Assembly (NCBI RefSeq): GCF_001194135.2 | Contig: NC_068981.1 | Coordinates: 113,461,238 to 113,525,237 of the forward strand | From: Octopus bimaculoides | Lineage: Eukaryota | Direction: 5' to 3' | Length of the DNA: 64,000 nucleotides | Shown: piece by piece, positions 13,176 through 26,352 of the stretch | How the letters are laid out: every line of letters starts with the position of its first letter | How positions within the stretch are numbered: the stretch's first letter is position 1 | Notes under the pieces: model-generated | Databases searched by the model: none | What the model saw: only the letters and a program-made list of their open reading frames with translations | Told to the model about the DNA's origin: nothing | Made by a program: the position numbers and the translations under genes

Positions 13176-13707
13176 CACACCACCTCACCATAACGACACT
13201 AATAATTCAGTAATCATAACGAGAATACTAAAGTTAACAGGACCCTTCTGAAAAGAGAAGCCACATAAATAATATAGGTTTTTGCAGTCATTTTCGTACG
13301 TTTGTCATTCAGTTTGATAATCCGGTCATTCGAGGTCGCGAAAAAATTAGCGCCATGAAGTTAGTCATTCAGATTCGTTTTTCGATCAATCAATTTCGCA
13401 CTTCGGTCAAAGAATTTAACATTTACATCATTCAAATTAAAATGCCTGTCGAGATCATTCAAATTAGTCGGGATGCGAGGAAGCGTCTTTTCGAGAATTC
13501 AAATTCGCACGTGAGCATTCGAGTTCGAAATAAGTTTATTCAATTTAGTACTAATTTTACATGTGTGTTTTTACTCACATTCTAAGAAGAAAATGTTAAC
13601 AATGACAAGTTTAAACGACATCTTTTGTCACGCAAATTTTATTATGTTGCTATAGATCAAAGAAGAAATAAATTACATGATTCTTCTGTCCACGAAAGTT
13701 TTTTTCA

Positions 13708-14000
13708 TTGCAACATTCACCCATTCTACCCATGTATCTTGGAAGGAGGACATCCAAGATCAGGGTAGAGGAAATCCCGCCAGATATAGATGTGACATGG
13801 GTTGCGGCGGCTGTCCTCCTTGGTAGCGAGGAGAAGGTGGCCGTTCTCCAAGCTACGGAAACGGAAGAGAGCAAGTGGAAAGGAAAAACATTGGAACTTA
13901 TTATTCAGGTTGAGGCAGAATCTCTAGAAAATTTGGTGGAGATAGTGACTGTAGGAGACATAAGCTTAATGATATTACTGCATGCACAAGAAGAGGCAGC
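13708..14000 (+). mobile_element. Tx1-like LINE ORF1 fragment
   Basis: DVTWVAAAV...WKGKTLEL..Q matches DVNWMAAAV...WKGQTLEL..Q in ORF 40789-41316. Confidence 0.75.
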
Positions 14001-14229
14001 TTCGGGGATCGGTATTTATGCGATTGCAGGGAAGACTGAATACATATGCTTTAATCAGAACGGCTTGATCAATTCATTGAGCGATTCAGCTCGGAAGAAA
14101 AGCCGAACGCTCCACTTATCTCGGAAATGACATCTCATCCACCGAAAAAGATTTATCAATCCACATAGCAAAAGCATATAGTTCACTGGACAAATTAAGA
14201 ATAATTTGAAAGTTTACACTACCTGACCG

Positions 14230-14620
14230 GATGAAAAGGGTATTCTACCGAACTATAATAGAACCAGTTTTTCTATAGGTTCATCTGTATGGACTCCGAC
14301 AAAAAAGATAGAAAGCAAGCATCATAGGACCTACATAGGTATGTTGTGCGCTGTCCTCAACGAATCATGAGAACAACATCCAACGAAGAAGGAGCTTTAT
14401 GGAAACACCTCTAACTTATCACCGATTATTTGAAAGTGAAGAACAAGATATAATGGTCACTGCTATCTAAGAAGAGACGATTTAGTGAGTGAGTCCTGAA
14501 CCATGAGAATTCTCGTCAGACGACTCAAAATAACATACATTGATCGATTCACCCATGATGTCGAGTTACAAAAGGAAGACCTTAAATTTTCATGGAAGAT
14601 AGGAACGTATGAAGAGAAAG
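14230..14620 (+). mobile_element. RTE-like LINE, post-RT 3' fragment
   Basis: Hand translation includes EQHPTKKELYG, an RTE-type C-terminal pattern. Confidence 0.45.
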
Positions 14621-14769
14621 ATTGGTTTTGTTTCGAAGAACCTGTCGAAAAACATAGAAACAATAGACAGGTCAGCTTCGTTCATTTTTTTCTATTTCTG
14701 CTATGTGTAACTCTGATCGATATTTCTCAATTTCCTTTGTTTACAGAATAGAACTTCTGGTATTCATGT

Positions 14770-15240
14770 TCCCTCACTAATATCACCATCCAGTTATTAG
14801 TCTTACACAGCCTTCTTCTACCTTCTTTCCTTGGCAGATGGAGGCGGTCTAAATCTACCTTTGGATGGTGCGTTTTATAAGCAAATTCCTTGAAGATCGG
14901 CTAGGTACCGGTTGATGACATTGAAACCATATTGTACAAAAGGTAGTGTTAAGGTGTTAATAGCTTCTATGCTGTTGTAAGAGTTCAATTCAGTTTTCAG
15001 GACCAGCCAATCTCCTCTTCAAGTTTTCTCCATTTGTGTGTGTTGAATAATATCATTCTCATTAATGCCGAGATAAATATAAGTTCACTCTGGATATAGT
15101 CATCTTATTGTTGTATCTAGGTCAAGTTAAATAGATGATATGATTTTCAGTTTTATCGTTTTAAAGGTTGCTTTTTCACATTTATCGAGACCAAAATCCA
15201 TACTGATATCATTACTGAACTGCTTTACCGTTGATAAGAG
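14770..15240 (-). mobile_element. R4/Dong-like LINE internal fragment
   Basis: The minus strand encodes HPKVDLDRLHLPRKEGRR (compare LYLPRKEGGRGL at 20398-20646). Confidence 0.55.
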
Positions 15241-15254
15241 TCCTTCAAATACTT

Positions 15255-15258
15255 GGTT

Positions 15259-15351
<93 letters not shown>

Positions 15352-15468
15352 CTTCTTCTTCTTCTTCTTCTTCTTCTTCTTCTTCTTCTTCTTCTTCTTC
15401 TTCTTCTTCTTCTTCTTCTTCTTCTTCTTCTTCTTCTTCTTCTTCTTCTTCTTCTTCTTCTTCTTCTC
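15255..15468. repeat. Compound microsatellite (TCG)n(TTG)n(TTC)n
   Basis: Directly visible. Confidence 0.98.
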
Positions 15469-15469
15469 C

Positions 15470-15815
15470 TTCTTTATTGCCTTTGCACAGCTTCTAATGC
15501 TGGAGATGTACTACAGTGTTAGCTGTTCACTACCAGTGAACTAAGGTAACACCTCTTATTTCTCGAGCACCTTCCGGAGTATTCGAGCGGTTCCAAGCAG
15601 TGCTGTTTTCTGCTAGTACTCCAGCCTTATTGCAGCCCCTATTTATTCCACGTACTTCTCGAAATTTTTGCTCACTGTTCCCAGGGTTTCGACAATTATT
15701 GGTACTACTGCTACCTTTTTCATCGACCACAACTGCTTATCTTCCCAAGCTAACCTGTTATATCTCTCGACTTTTCTTTCTTCCTTATCGCATACCTTGT
15801 TGTCAGTTGGGCATG
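15470..15815 (-). mobile_element. R4/Dong-like LINE 3' end (RLE C-terminus), 5'-truncated at a (TAA)n tract
   Basis: The minus strand reads VAVVPIIVETLGTVSKNFEKY...KTALLGTARILRKVLE; flanked by (GAA)n and (TAA)n on the sense strand. Confidence 0.75.
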
Positions 15816-15816
15816 C

Positions 15817-15874
<58 letters not shown>

Positions 15875-15879
15875 GAGTG

Positions 15880-16370
15880 AGAGAGCAGTGCATGCCATCA
15901 AAGTGGCACTGGGGTAAAATATACGAAGCCCAATATACCCTTCATGACTATCTGTCTGATAAGGGTACGCCAGGCACATGCATCACAACCATATGGGCGC
16001 ATCATGGTGATCTCATATCAAGATAAATAGTGCACGACCTTGCAGGTGAACCCCAGTTACAATTTTATTCAGGTCGAGTAGCCCATTCCGCTCAAAAGGT
16101 CCCTGAATAAGGGTTGTTTAAGGATGTTGAACGAAACACCCATGTTTCCAAAGCTGAATTATCCAAACCCCAAAGAATTTATTCCTTTCAACACATGGCT
16201 ATGATGCTCCTCCACTACGTCTGCTCGTCAACAGAGATGCACATATAGTCAGCCACTAAGAGACATGCTCAACTGGTTAAGGTCAAACAACTGACAAGCA
16301 AATCTGTGGTATTGAACAGAATATTTGCTGTAGCCCATCTTTTATACCAAGACAAAGCAAAGTGTAAGAT
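15880..16370. repeat. Interspersed repeat (SINE/LINE-tail-like) between two (ATT)n tracts
   Basis: Non-coding, bounded by (ATT)n on both sides; resembles a common cephalopod repeat from memory only. Confidence 0.35.
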
Positions 16371-16375
16371 TTTAC

Positions 16376-16442
<67 letters not shown>

Positions 16443-16459
16443 TTCGTGCTCTGAATCGG

Positions 16460-16830
16460 TAGCATAAATGTGAGAGGCCTCGGGTCACCTTGAAAACAAG
16501 GTCACCTCTTAAACGACCTGAGATCTTGAGGTCTTACAATGTGGATGTAGTAGCCATTAGCGAAACTACACTCTCCGATCCGCGGGAACGTGCAGCCCTT
16601 TTCGGCGGATACGAGATTTTCTATCTCCGTGTCGGCCGGGAGCGGGTGTTGGTAGTACTGCGGTACTATTTGGGAAAGGCCTGGATTTGAAAATAAGGAC
16701 AATCTCCCTGGATCCAGAGGTTAAGTTGGTGGTCCTGGATGTGGACGGTAGTGACGGTGGTGCCTTCAGACTGCTGGCAGCCTACGCCCCGACAGGAGCA
16801 AGGCAGTCGGACTATTTCAAGCGTTCTTGT
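16460..16830 (+). mobile_element. Tx1-like LINE APE endonuclease N-terminal fragment
   Basis: INVRGLGS..KQGHLLNDLRS..DVVAISET...SLDPEVKLVVLDV parallels 33904-34197 and 41700-42000. Confidence 0.75.
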
Positions 16831-17001
16831 GTGTCTTCAGCAGGTTGAAAACATAAATTTGTCAATCTACAAGATGTCGAAATATCGTTCACTAGATAAC
16901 AATAGCACTCTTCTTTTAATTTTGACTCTATATCTTCAGGAGGAGTTACCTCAATCCTTTCTATATTAACCAAAATGAAGTAGATTGACAAATTTATCTT
17001 T

Positions 17002-17042
17002 TAAACCTGTTGAAGACACACAAGATGTCGAAATATCGTTCA
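17002..17042 (+). ncRNA. Minimal type I HHR motif with one core change (CTGTTGA)
   Basis: AAC-CTGTTGA-A-GACA cacaaga TGTC-GAAA-TATC|GTT; loopless palindromic stem III of the Penelope minimal type. Confidence 0.5.
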
Positions 17043-17078
17043 CTAGATAACAATGGCTCTCTTCTTTAATTTTGACTC

Positions 17079-17130
<52 letters not shown>

Positions 17131-17199
17131 TTAAAAAGTATTGACGTAACTCTTCACAAAGGTAAACAGTCAAGACGAAGAGCGCGATTTGATTATGAT

Positions 17200-18320
17200 A
17201 GATATTTGATTGGTTGAACAAGATTTCAACAGTAAGTCTGTCTTCGTCAAGTTCAAAATAAAAAGTGATAAAAATTCAAAATTATTGAAATTTAAATGTA
17301 AAGTATGAACGAGAGCAATCTACGTCCACACGTTAATGGAATGACATCATCAGTTTTTAAATTTCAATTTTATAACAGGCGAAAAGAAAAAGATAGAAAA
17401 AAGAAGACAGAAAAAGAAAGAGGAAGAATAGGAAAGAAAAAAGAAAAAGAATATTTACTCAAACAGTTTTGTATAAATTTGAGGATATTCTCCTGGCATT
17501 TTATTCATTCTACCAGGGCGTAAACATATTTCGCCTCATGCATTCTGAGAAGTGAAAGCGAAGCAGATTCAGCATATTTTCTGAGAATATGCACTTTTAA
17601 GTCTTCTTCAAAATTGCAGCCGTTTGAAACGAAACGTCCAGCAAGTTCTGTCAAACTACTATTATTGTGTCTGACGTCGAATCTGTGCCCATTAAACCTT
17701 TTGTTTAATTGTTCTGTTGTACAACTAACATAAATCAAGTTGTGTTTCGTGCACTCTGCTGCCTACACCAAATGAGAATCCCTACATATCCCACCTTCTG
17801 TATAAATCATAGTATTTCTGTTATGATTCCTGATGGAATTCACTTCACTCATGTTGTTGCACAATGAACAGGGCTTGCCTCTCTTGCGGCTGTTTTTCAA
17901 GGTACAACGTGAAAATGTTCCAATGTTCGTTTTCTTGGAGTCAAAAATAGAGGTCAATAATTTTCTTATATTCTTATTGCGTCAAAAAGCAACAATAGGC
18001 GGCTGAGAAAATATCTGTTTGAAACGAGGATATTTTGTCGCCACATGCTGGTAACTTTCATGCAACACTTTTGAAATGCTAGCGAAATGTCGGTGCCAGT
18101 TAATCATTAAAGGAATTCTGTCAGGTATTGTATCGTGTTTGCTATAATTATGCATGAAGGTTTGATTATTTCATTTGTTATTTCCTTTAATCGTGATTCA
18201 CTGTAACCGTGTTTGACATAACGATATACAAAAACATTTGCATGTTTCCAGTAATCCCCTATGTCAGTACAAATCCGTTTTATCCTCAAAAATCATTATT
18301 TTTGTTTCTCAGAACACTCG
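17200..18320 (-). mobile_element. Penelope-like element 3' part (RT thumb, Cys/His linker, GIY-YIG endonuclease, 3' pLTR)
   Basis: RIKRICT (18107-18289), CTLK...CSLC (17763-17957) and YVSCTTEQLNKRFNGHRFDV...E..Y (17505-17738). Confidence 0.85.
17214..17256 (-). ncRNA. Minimal type I HHR motif, decayed, about 250 nt past the GIY-YIG stop
   Basis: TTGAAC-TTGACGA-A-GACAG actta CTGTT-GAAA-TCTT-GTTCAA; perfect 6-bp stem I, C3 changed to T. Confidence 0.55.
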
Positions 18321-18329
18321 GTCTTGTTT

Positions 18330-19890
18330 GTTCTGGCAGATTCTGTGAGTGTGGACAGCAGCCTGATGTCAGAGGTCTCACAGGGTCTTTTTTCTCACAT
18401 TATAAGCTTTGATACTTGGTTGTTAATTATCGGGGGAGACATTCAATATCCAAGTACCAATCTCAAAATCCTAGTTATCCCCAGCAGAGCGGTTTTTTGG
18501 GCTTGCTCTGCTCTCATGTCAATTCTGATTTCTCAGACATATTTCTCGAACTTGGTTGTTAGTGCTCCGAGTGTCCCTACAACTACTGGAATGACAGAAA
18601 CTCTCCTCATAGTCCACATTCTTGCAATTTCATCTAGTAGTCTGTATTTTTCAATTATTTTTAGTTCTTTGTCACTTATGCATGCATCCCCAGGTATTGC
18701 AATATCTATAATCTTGGTTTCCGTTTTTTTCCTTTATCTACCACAACAATGTCTGGTCTCCGAGCATCGATTAGGGAGTCACACTGGATTGTAAAATCCT
18801 ACAATATCTTATATTCCTTGTTCCTTCTAGTTCATGTTCGTACCATTTCCGTGCTCCGTTTAGGCTGCACTTTTCACATAGCCACCAGTAGAACTTAGTC
18901 ACGTTATCGTGCTTCCTTTTGGAGTGCTTTTGGGCCAGCTTGCTACACTCACAATATGTGATATTGTTTCGTTTCTGCTGTCACACATCTTACAAAGGGG
19001 CAATTTGCTACTCTTATCTATTTGGAACTCGGTATAATTAGTTCTCAGAGCTTGTTCTTGGGCGTTGCATATCAATGTCTCAGTGCATGCTTTCAGATAA
19101 TTTTTTCTTAGCCATCTTCAAGTGTTGATTTTGTTTTTTTCTTCGATTTCTCTGAGGTATTGCCCATGCAGTAATTTCATTTTCCAATTGTTTAATCTTT
19201 CTTCTTCATCTTGTTTCTTAAATGTTTGTCAGTGCATCACATTTTCGTTAGGTATTGTATTGTTAATTCTAACTGCGGCAAGCAAGGATTTGCTCTGCTG
19301 TTTAATGTACCATCCCAAACTTTTCTCGTTGACAACACAGATCTTATGAGGCCTCTTCCTCCCTTGTTCCTAGGTAATACAATCTGTCAGTATCGCTTTT
19401 GTTAATTGTCCTTGTTAATTGTCATAACTTTTCTGATTTTCCTGTCCATTTCCTCAAGCTCGTTCTTTGTCCAGTGCCATATCGCATTAAAGAAACAGCC
19501 CATGTGTTCATCGTCCTGATTTTGATTTTTCCATTGAGCCTACTTCCCACAATTAATTTTGTTCTTCTGAGATATTCACACCTAAAGCTTTCCTTCATTT
19601 CACTTTCTTTGATTTTATCGTATTCCAAAATCCCCAGATATTTATATTCATTAGTCTCAATATCCTTAATTTTCCCGCCACTGGGTAGCTCTACACCATC
19701 AGACGACACTACTTTGCCTCTTTGTATTAAAAGCATACAACACTTTTTAATCTCAAATTCCTTTCCGATATCCTTACTGCATATCTGCACTGTTGAAACT
19801 AGGCCATTTATTTCAAGTTCGGTCTTCCCAAAGATCTTTAAGTCATCCTTATATAACTGATGGTTTAATTTTCCTTCACTTTTCAAGGTG
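18330..19890 (-). mobile_element. R4/Dong-like RLE LINE, 5'-truncated copy
   Basis: YKDDLKIF, YKYLGI and NTWAVSLMRY (ORF 19422-19886); PDIVV..DIAIPGD..KY RLE motif near 18650-18780. Confidence 0.85.
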
Positions 19891-22800
19891 TACCCCGATG
19901 TCTGGGATACATTTTAACCCCACAGTCTCTGTAATTCAATAGCTAGGTCCTGGAACTTTGCTATTTTTTCTAAACCTCTCATATTGATTTTCTCATCATT
20001 TGGGACTGTAAAGTCAATTATCTGTCACTTTCTATTCTCTTTATCTACTACTACTAAATCAGGCTCTATCATTCTGTCAGTCTGAATGTTAAAGTCCCAC
20101 AACATCGTATATTTCTTACTTTCTAGTACTTTACTAGGTTCATGTTCATACCATTTGTCAGTATGTTCAAATCCCAGTTTTCTACATAACTCCCAGAGGA
20201 TTATTCTCCCTAGGTTATCATGTCTTTTCTTTCCTCTTTTGACCTACATTGGGAATCTACTTGTTTTTTATCGATCTTGGCTTTTATCCAATTAGTCCTC
20301 AATGCTTGATCTTCTGCTGCTAACAAACTTCCTGTCTCCCTCTTCAGCATTCCTTTCTGAAAGCATAACCATGTCTCACTACTACCATTTGCTGCAACTA
20401 TATTTGGAAATCTACCATGCAAAGCCTTCTCTTGCTTGTCAGATAATCTTTCACCTTTATCTGGTTTTTAACTTCACTTGGCTTTTTGGCTTCCCTGTCT
20501 CCTACTATGACTCTAGTAGCTCTTAATAAACCTTCTTCACTATTACCTACATAGGAGGCTATATCTACTTTAGCTAACTCCACGCAGTCTTCTGCTGATA
20601 TTAATCCTCTTCCACCTTCCTTTCTAGGTAAGTATAAATTTGCCACTCCTGCCCTTCATTCATATTGAATTCATTCCTAGTTCTTCTGTTTAGCTTTGCT
20701 CCCTCTAGTCATTCAGTTTTCGTCCAATCTACAAAAGCTGCTGAGTATCTAAGTAATGATACTGCCCAAGTATTTACAGCCTTCAATAAATTCGGACCAT
20801 TTAGCTTTGACTTTATTAACTTCCTCACCTTTCTCATGTACTCCTTCTCAATTTTCGTTTTCATTTTTATGGTTAGTACTCTGTCAGATTCTTGATACTT
20901 ATGACACTCTCCTTCTTTCGATGATTTTAATGTCTGGCCATCTAGTAATTGAATGCCTTCACTGTTGACAACCTGTCCTCTTCTCATAACTAATATTGCA
21001 CACTTATCTATGCTAAATTCCATGCCTATATCTTTGCTGAAGAGTTTAACAGTCTATATTAAGGAATTTATCTTTTTTTCATTCTTACTAAAAAAAACTT
21101 GAGATTATCCACGTAGAGCAAAAGGTCAATTTTTCCCTTACTATTTCTGAGCTGGCTCCCTTCCTTTGCCTTTCTTAATACCAAACTGAGGGAGATCAAA
21201 CATATGGCAAATATTAAAGTGGATTACGAGTCCCCGTGGAAAATTCCTCTCTTGATATTAACTTCCCCTTAGAGTGTGTCACCTGAATAGAGACTTTCCA
21301 TTTCTTCATGCTATAGCAAATGAATTCTCTTATGAATATACTCAAACACCCTCTTATCCAAGGTGTGGTATCATGTCATAGGCTTTCCTATAATCTATCC
21401 ATGCTATTGTTAGATTTTTCTTTCTAGCTTTTACTTCATTTAGAACTGCTTTGTCTATGTATAATAAATCATGCATTCCTCTAGCCTTCTTCCTGCAACC
21501 TTTCTATCCTTCTGACAGTAAATTCTGGTTGTCAAGTTGCTCGAAAATGCTCTCTGAAAATATTCCTGTAAACAGCTTTCACACTAATGTTAAGCAAGTG
21601 ATTGGTCTACAATTGCTAGCTGTACTACCTTTACTTTTATCTTTCATAAGGAGTATTGTTCTCCTTCTAGTCATCCAGTCTGGTATTATTCCTCCATTAA
21701 AGCAATCCTGAGGTTATTCTCCCACCCTCCCATGTAAACTACTCAATTTTTTTTAACCAGTACCCTTGAACTAAATCCGGTTCTGGTCCCTTCCAGTTCG
21801 GTATTTTTCCTAACACTTTACTCATTAATGCACAGGTTAGTATTAGATCTGGCTGCTTCTCACTCATTACTTCTTCCCTCACTTTCTTTAACCATCTTGC
21901 ATCTCTATTATGATTGACTGGCTTATCCCAAATATTACTCCAAAAATGTCTAGCTTCCCCTGCATTAGGTTTCTCATCTTCAGTACTTCGTTTTCCACTA
22001 TTTATTTGGTCATAAAATCTCCTCCGGCCTGTCTCAAATAATCTATTCTGTTGATACTGATCTATTCTTCTCTGATATCCGGAGAGCTTGCCTGCTACTG
22101 CTATGATACGCTGTTTCAACTCTTTTATTACTGTCCCAAATCCTTTCTCTTTGACTAAGTATATTTTCTCGAGGGAAGATTTGCATCTTGTTTCCTATCA
22201 TTCTTGTTTTCCAGGCTTCTATTCTACTTGGATAATGTCTTAAAGTCTTCACTTTATTTTTAGTCTCCTTCTCCACATTTGTTCTTTTTTAGTCTTTCTC
22301 TGTGAAATATCTAATCTTCTGGTGACTACTACCCCTCCTGCATAGATCAATAAGTTAGTGACTCTTATAAGTTAGTCTCTCCTACTGATAACAGAATCTA
22401 CTTTCCTAGTAATTTCTGGCGGCTTCCTTCTATTGATACCTTTTAATGCTGGTAATCTTTTTCTCACTTCTTTACTCATTGCTTCCTGCATTTCATCTAA
22501 AATCTAAGTTGTTGGTGCCAGTTGTCCCTTCCTTATTGGTAGCACTATTATTATTCTTTCTTTTAGGTTCTTCCTTGGTTTGAGCTGTAACTCTTATGTT
22601 GTTGTTTGTCTTTCCTACTGCCTGGTTTTTCTTTTCCAATTCTCTTGTGATCTCTTCTACCTTTAATTCTGTCATCTACTTTCTTCGCCTAATAGTATTA
22701 GCTAGATCAACTAATCTCTTCTCAGTCACTTTAAACATACCCTTCTCTACCCGAAGTGTTAGCATCCGTTTTCTATAGCCCCTTCTTTTAGGTTCACTTT

Positions 22801-23200
22801 CTAAGTAGCACTGCATCACTATCCTGTTTTCTTCGCTGGTCTACTTTCCCCTCCTTTCTATATCATCTGCTGATGTTGTATTAGGATAACAGCTTTGGTC
22901 AGTTTGCATCTTCCCTTAAAGGTCCAACCTCATTTTCGCTGTTACAATCAGAGTTCCTTTGGAAACTCTTGTCTCTCATAAACTGAGGCAAGGTAACGTT
23001 CATCACCATCGCCATCACCGCTATCATTTTTCGACATCTGAAAGGTTCAAGCAACTTTCTATTGCATCCTTTGTTGCACCTTCGTGCTGGCGGCGTGGTG
23101 AGCGCTCGATCTTATTTTTGTTTTTTGTGGGGAGGATATTGTATTGTATCAGTACGTTTTGTTATAGGGGTTTGGTTTGAGTCTTCTGTTGTATTAGTTT
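19890..23200 (-). mobile_element. R4/Dong-like RLE LINE, near full-length decayed copy
   Basis: N-terminal ENRIVMQCY, KIPNWKGP.PDLVQGYWLKK, NTWAVSLLRY, LYLPRKEGGRGL, ETGSLLAAEDQAL, then the RLE PD motif. Confidence 0.88.
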
Positions 23201-23369
23201 TTAGATTGTGTGTTTTTTGTGCAGCGCAGGTTGTGTTCTTCAGTGGTTAAAAAAATACATAAAAAATAAAATAAATTTAAAAAATAAAAAAAAATGAAAA
23301 TTTAATTATTATTTAACTTTACTTAAAAAGAAAAGAAAATTTCAAACAGTACACCAAATCACTTGTCCA

Positions 23370-23587
23370 ATGGTTATAATGGAAGCGCGCCTGTCAGGAA
23401 GCTGTCAGCCTGACGACGAAAAATGTTCAAATGGCAGAATATCTTACCCGAATACGAACCTGGAAGGTCACTTAAACGGGATTTGTACCAAATTAAGCCC
23501 CCAAAGTTCACCACCACAACGACCACAAAATCAAAAATGTAAAAGAACTAAATGGAACCGGGAAGAATATAAAGAAGTAATATACGC
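23370..23587 (+). mobile_element. 5' end of an oppositely oriented R4/Dong-like element
   Basis: KRTKWNREEYKEVIYA resembles the N-terminal motif of the adjacent copy; ends in (TTC)n(TAT)n and a gap. Confidence 0.45.
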
Positions 23588-23640
23588 TTCTTCTTCTTCT
23601 TCTTCTTCTTCTTCTTCTTCTTCTTCTTCTGCTTCTTCTT

Positions 23641-23714
<74 letters not shown>

Positions 23715-24613
23715 NNNNNNNNNNNNNNNNNNNNNNNNNNNNNNNNNNNNNNNNNNNNNNNNNNNNNNNNNNNNNNNNNNNNNNNNNNNNNNNNNNNNNN
23801 NNNNNNNNNNNNNNNNNNNNNNNNNNNNNNNNNNNNNNNNNNNNNNNNNNNNNNNNNNNNNNNNNNNNNNNNNNNNNNNNNNNNNNNNNNNNNNNNNNNN
23901 NNNNNNNNNNNNNNNNNNNNNNNNNNNNNNNNNNNNNNNNNNNNNNNNNNNNNNNNNNNNNNNNNNNNNNNNNNNNNNNNNNNNNNNNNNNNNNNNNNNN
24001 NNNNNNNNNNNNNNNNNNNNNNNNNNNNNNNNNNNNNNNNNNNNNNNNNNNNNNNNNNNNNNNNNNNNNNNNNNNNNNNNNNNNNNNNNNNNNNNNNNNN
24101 NNNNNNNNNNNNNNNNNNNNNNNNNNNNNNNNNNNNNNNNNNNNNNNNNNNNNNNNNNNNNNNNNNNNNNNNNNNNNNNNNNNNNNNNNNNNNNNNNNNN
24201 NNNNNNNNNNNNNNNNNNNNNNNNNNNNNNNNNNNNNNNNNNNNNNNNNNNNNNNNNNNNNNNNNNNNNNNNNNNNNNNNNNNNNNNNNNNNNNNNNNNN
24301 NNNNNNNNNNNNNNNNNNNNNNNNNNNNNNNNNNNNNNNNNNNNNNNNNNNNNNNNNNNNNNNNNNNNNNNNNNNNNNNNNNNNNNNNNNNNNNNNNNNN
24401 NNNNNNNNNNNNNNNNNNNNNNNNNNNNNNNNNNNNNNNNNNNNNNNNNNNNNNNNNNNNNNNNNNNNNNNNNNNNNNNNNNTGGTAATTTCTGTTGGGG
24501 AGGCTTTGGTCTTGTGCAGCAATTAAAAATCCTTCAGTCTCTGCTTTGAGTCCTGAGCTTCTCAGCCATTGCTGGGATTTTTCTGTCTATTTCTTTCGCA
24601 TTTAGTTTAACCC

Positions 24614-24688
<75 letters not shown>

Positions 24689-26294
24689 GTTATTATTATT
24701 ATTATCTCTTTATCACAAGCTTTGTTGGAGCTCCTGGAGTCTTACATGCGTAGCGGGTTTACTACCTGCAGCCTACGGTACCATGCTATTGTTCTTTTCG
24801 GCTATCTAATACTTTCCTGATTATTCTGGCCGTGCCTAGGAGGCAAACTTTTGTAACAATTCTACTGGGCGCTCTATTCCAATTTCCTTTATATTCCCCT
24901 TGATGCCTTCTGATACTGTTCCAAGGATTCAACAATAATTGACACTAACTTCACTTTCTTTATTTTCCAAGCCGGGCTATTTCGTACTTAAGAGGGTTGT
25001 ATCTATCTACATTTTCGCCTTCTTTCTTGACTTTTCGTGGGTCAAAAGGGCATGCAACATCAACTATATAGCATATGTGGTGCACCGTGTCAGCGACCAC
25101 TAGGTCCGGTCTATTATGCTCTAGCATCTGATCTATTTGGATTGGGAGATTCCAGAGGATTTTGCTAGACTCTGACTCTGTCACTCTGAGGTTTGTGCTC
25201 ATACTACGTCTTGCCTCTCTCTAGCCCCCACTTCTCGCACTGTTGTGGCTACATGGAATTGATTGTGTAGTCCCTTCTTGCGTAATTCTTCTTCATGCCC
25301 GTTTTGTACTTTCTTTGTTTTCCATTTTTTCTCTGCTCTCAATACTCCCCCGTTCCTGACTGTCACTAGCAAGGTTTCCTTACTTTGGGCTAGGTATCTC
25401 ATTAAACTCTCGAGTTCGATAGGCACGCAGTCTTCCACGCTTACCAGTCTCCTTCCTCCATTTGCTCACTTCATACATAGGCGATTAGTGTCTGCACGTG
25501 AATGATGAGCTCCATGCATCGTTAGGAACTCTCTTGACTTTCTGTCCATCTCCTTTAGCTCCTCCTCTGTCCACCTCAGGATTTCAGCTCCATGCCGAGC
25601 TACTGCGACTGCGCGCAAGTTTATTGTCGAAATTATGTTTCTGACATTCAGCTTTGAAGTCAATATTTTTCTCATTCACCGCAGGTTCTCTTTTTTTTTG
25701 TCACGGTGTTTGATTCCATCTGCGTCAAGTATTCCCAGGTATTTATAGCTGGATTGAAGTTGAATTGCCTTCATCAATTCACTACTTGGTAACCATATGC
25801 CTTCTATCCTAGCAAGCTTTCCTTGTCTCATCACCATCGTAGCACATTTTGAGAGTCTAAACTCCATCTTAATATCATTGGAGAAAATCCGCACAGACTG
25901 TCCTAGGCTGTTCAGTGTTTGTGAATAGCTTCAGATCGTCCATGAATAGCAAGTGATTTAATTTTCCCTTACCTCTTCTCAGATCATACCTCAAATTTGT
26001 TTTCAGTATATAGATATAGGGCAGAGAATTGCCAATTAGTTAATAAAATTAATAATTAACAATTTTGCCAAGTAGTTCAGTATGCAAAAAACCTTTATCG
26101 GTAAACCATTTATAATTATAAACATATAGGGATCAGCATGAGTTGCTTCACCAGCATACTGAAAATTTAGAAATAGCAGTCAAAGAACTACTAATTCTAA
26201 CTACAATTTTTTCTCCAACAGATGGCGATATTTATGGCACGCATAGAACAAAACAGAAGAGAAAATAAAACGAAAACAAACCTGCCGTTAGTTA

Positions 26295-26352
26295 ATCATG
26301 TACGACGTTTCGTGATTAGAATATAAAATTCTTTTCCACTCATCAGCATGAT
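26295..26352 (-). ncRNA. Type I hammerhead ribozyme, all core positions intact
   Basis: ATCATG-CTGATGA-GTG..AGAAT tttat ATTCT..CAC-GAAA-C GTC G-TA|CATGAT: 6-bp stem I, G-C closed stem II, GTA triplet. Confidence 0.85.
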
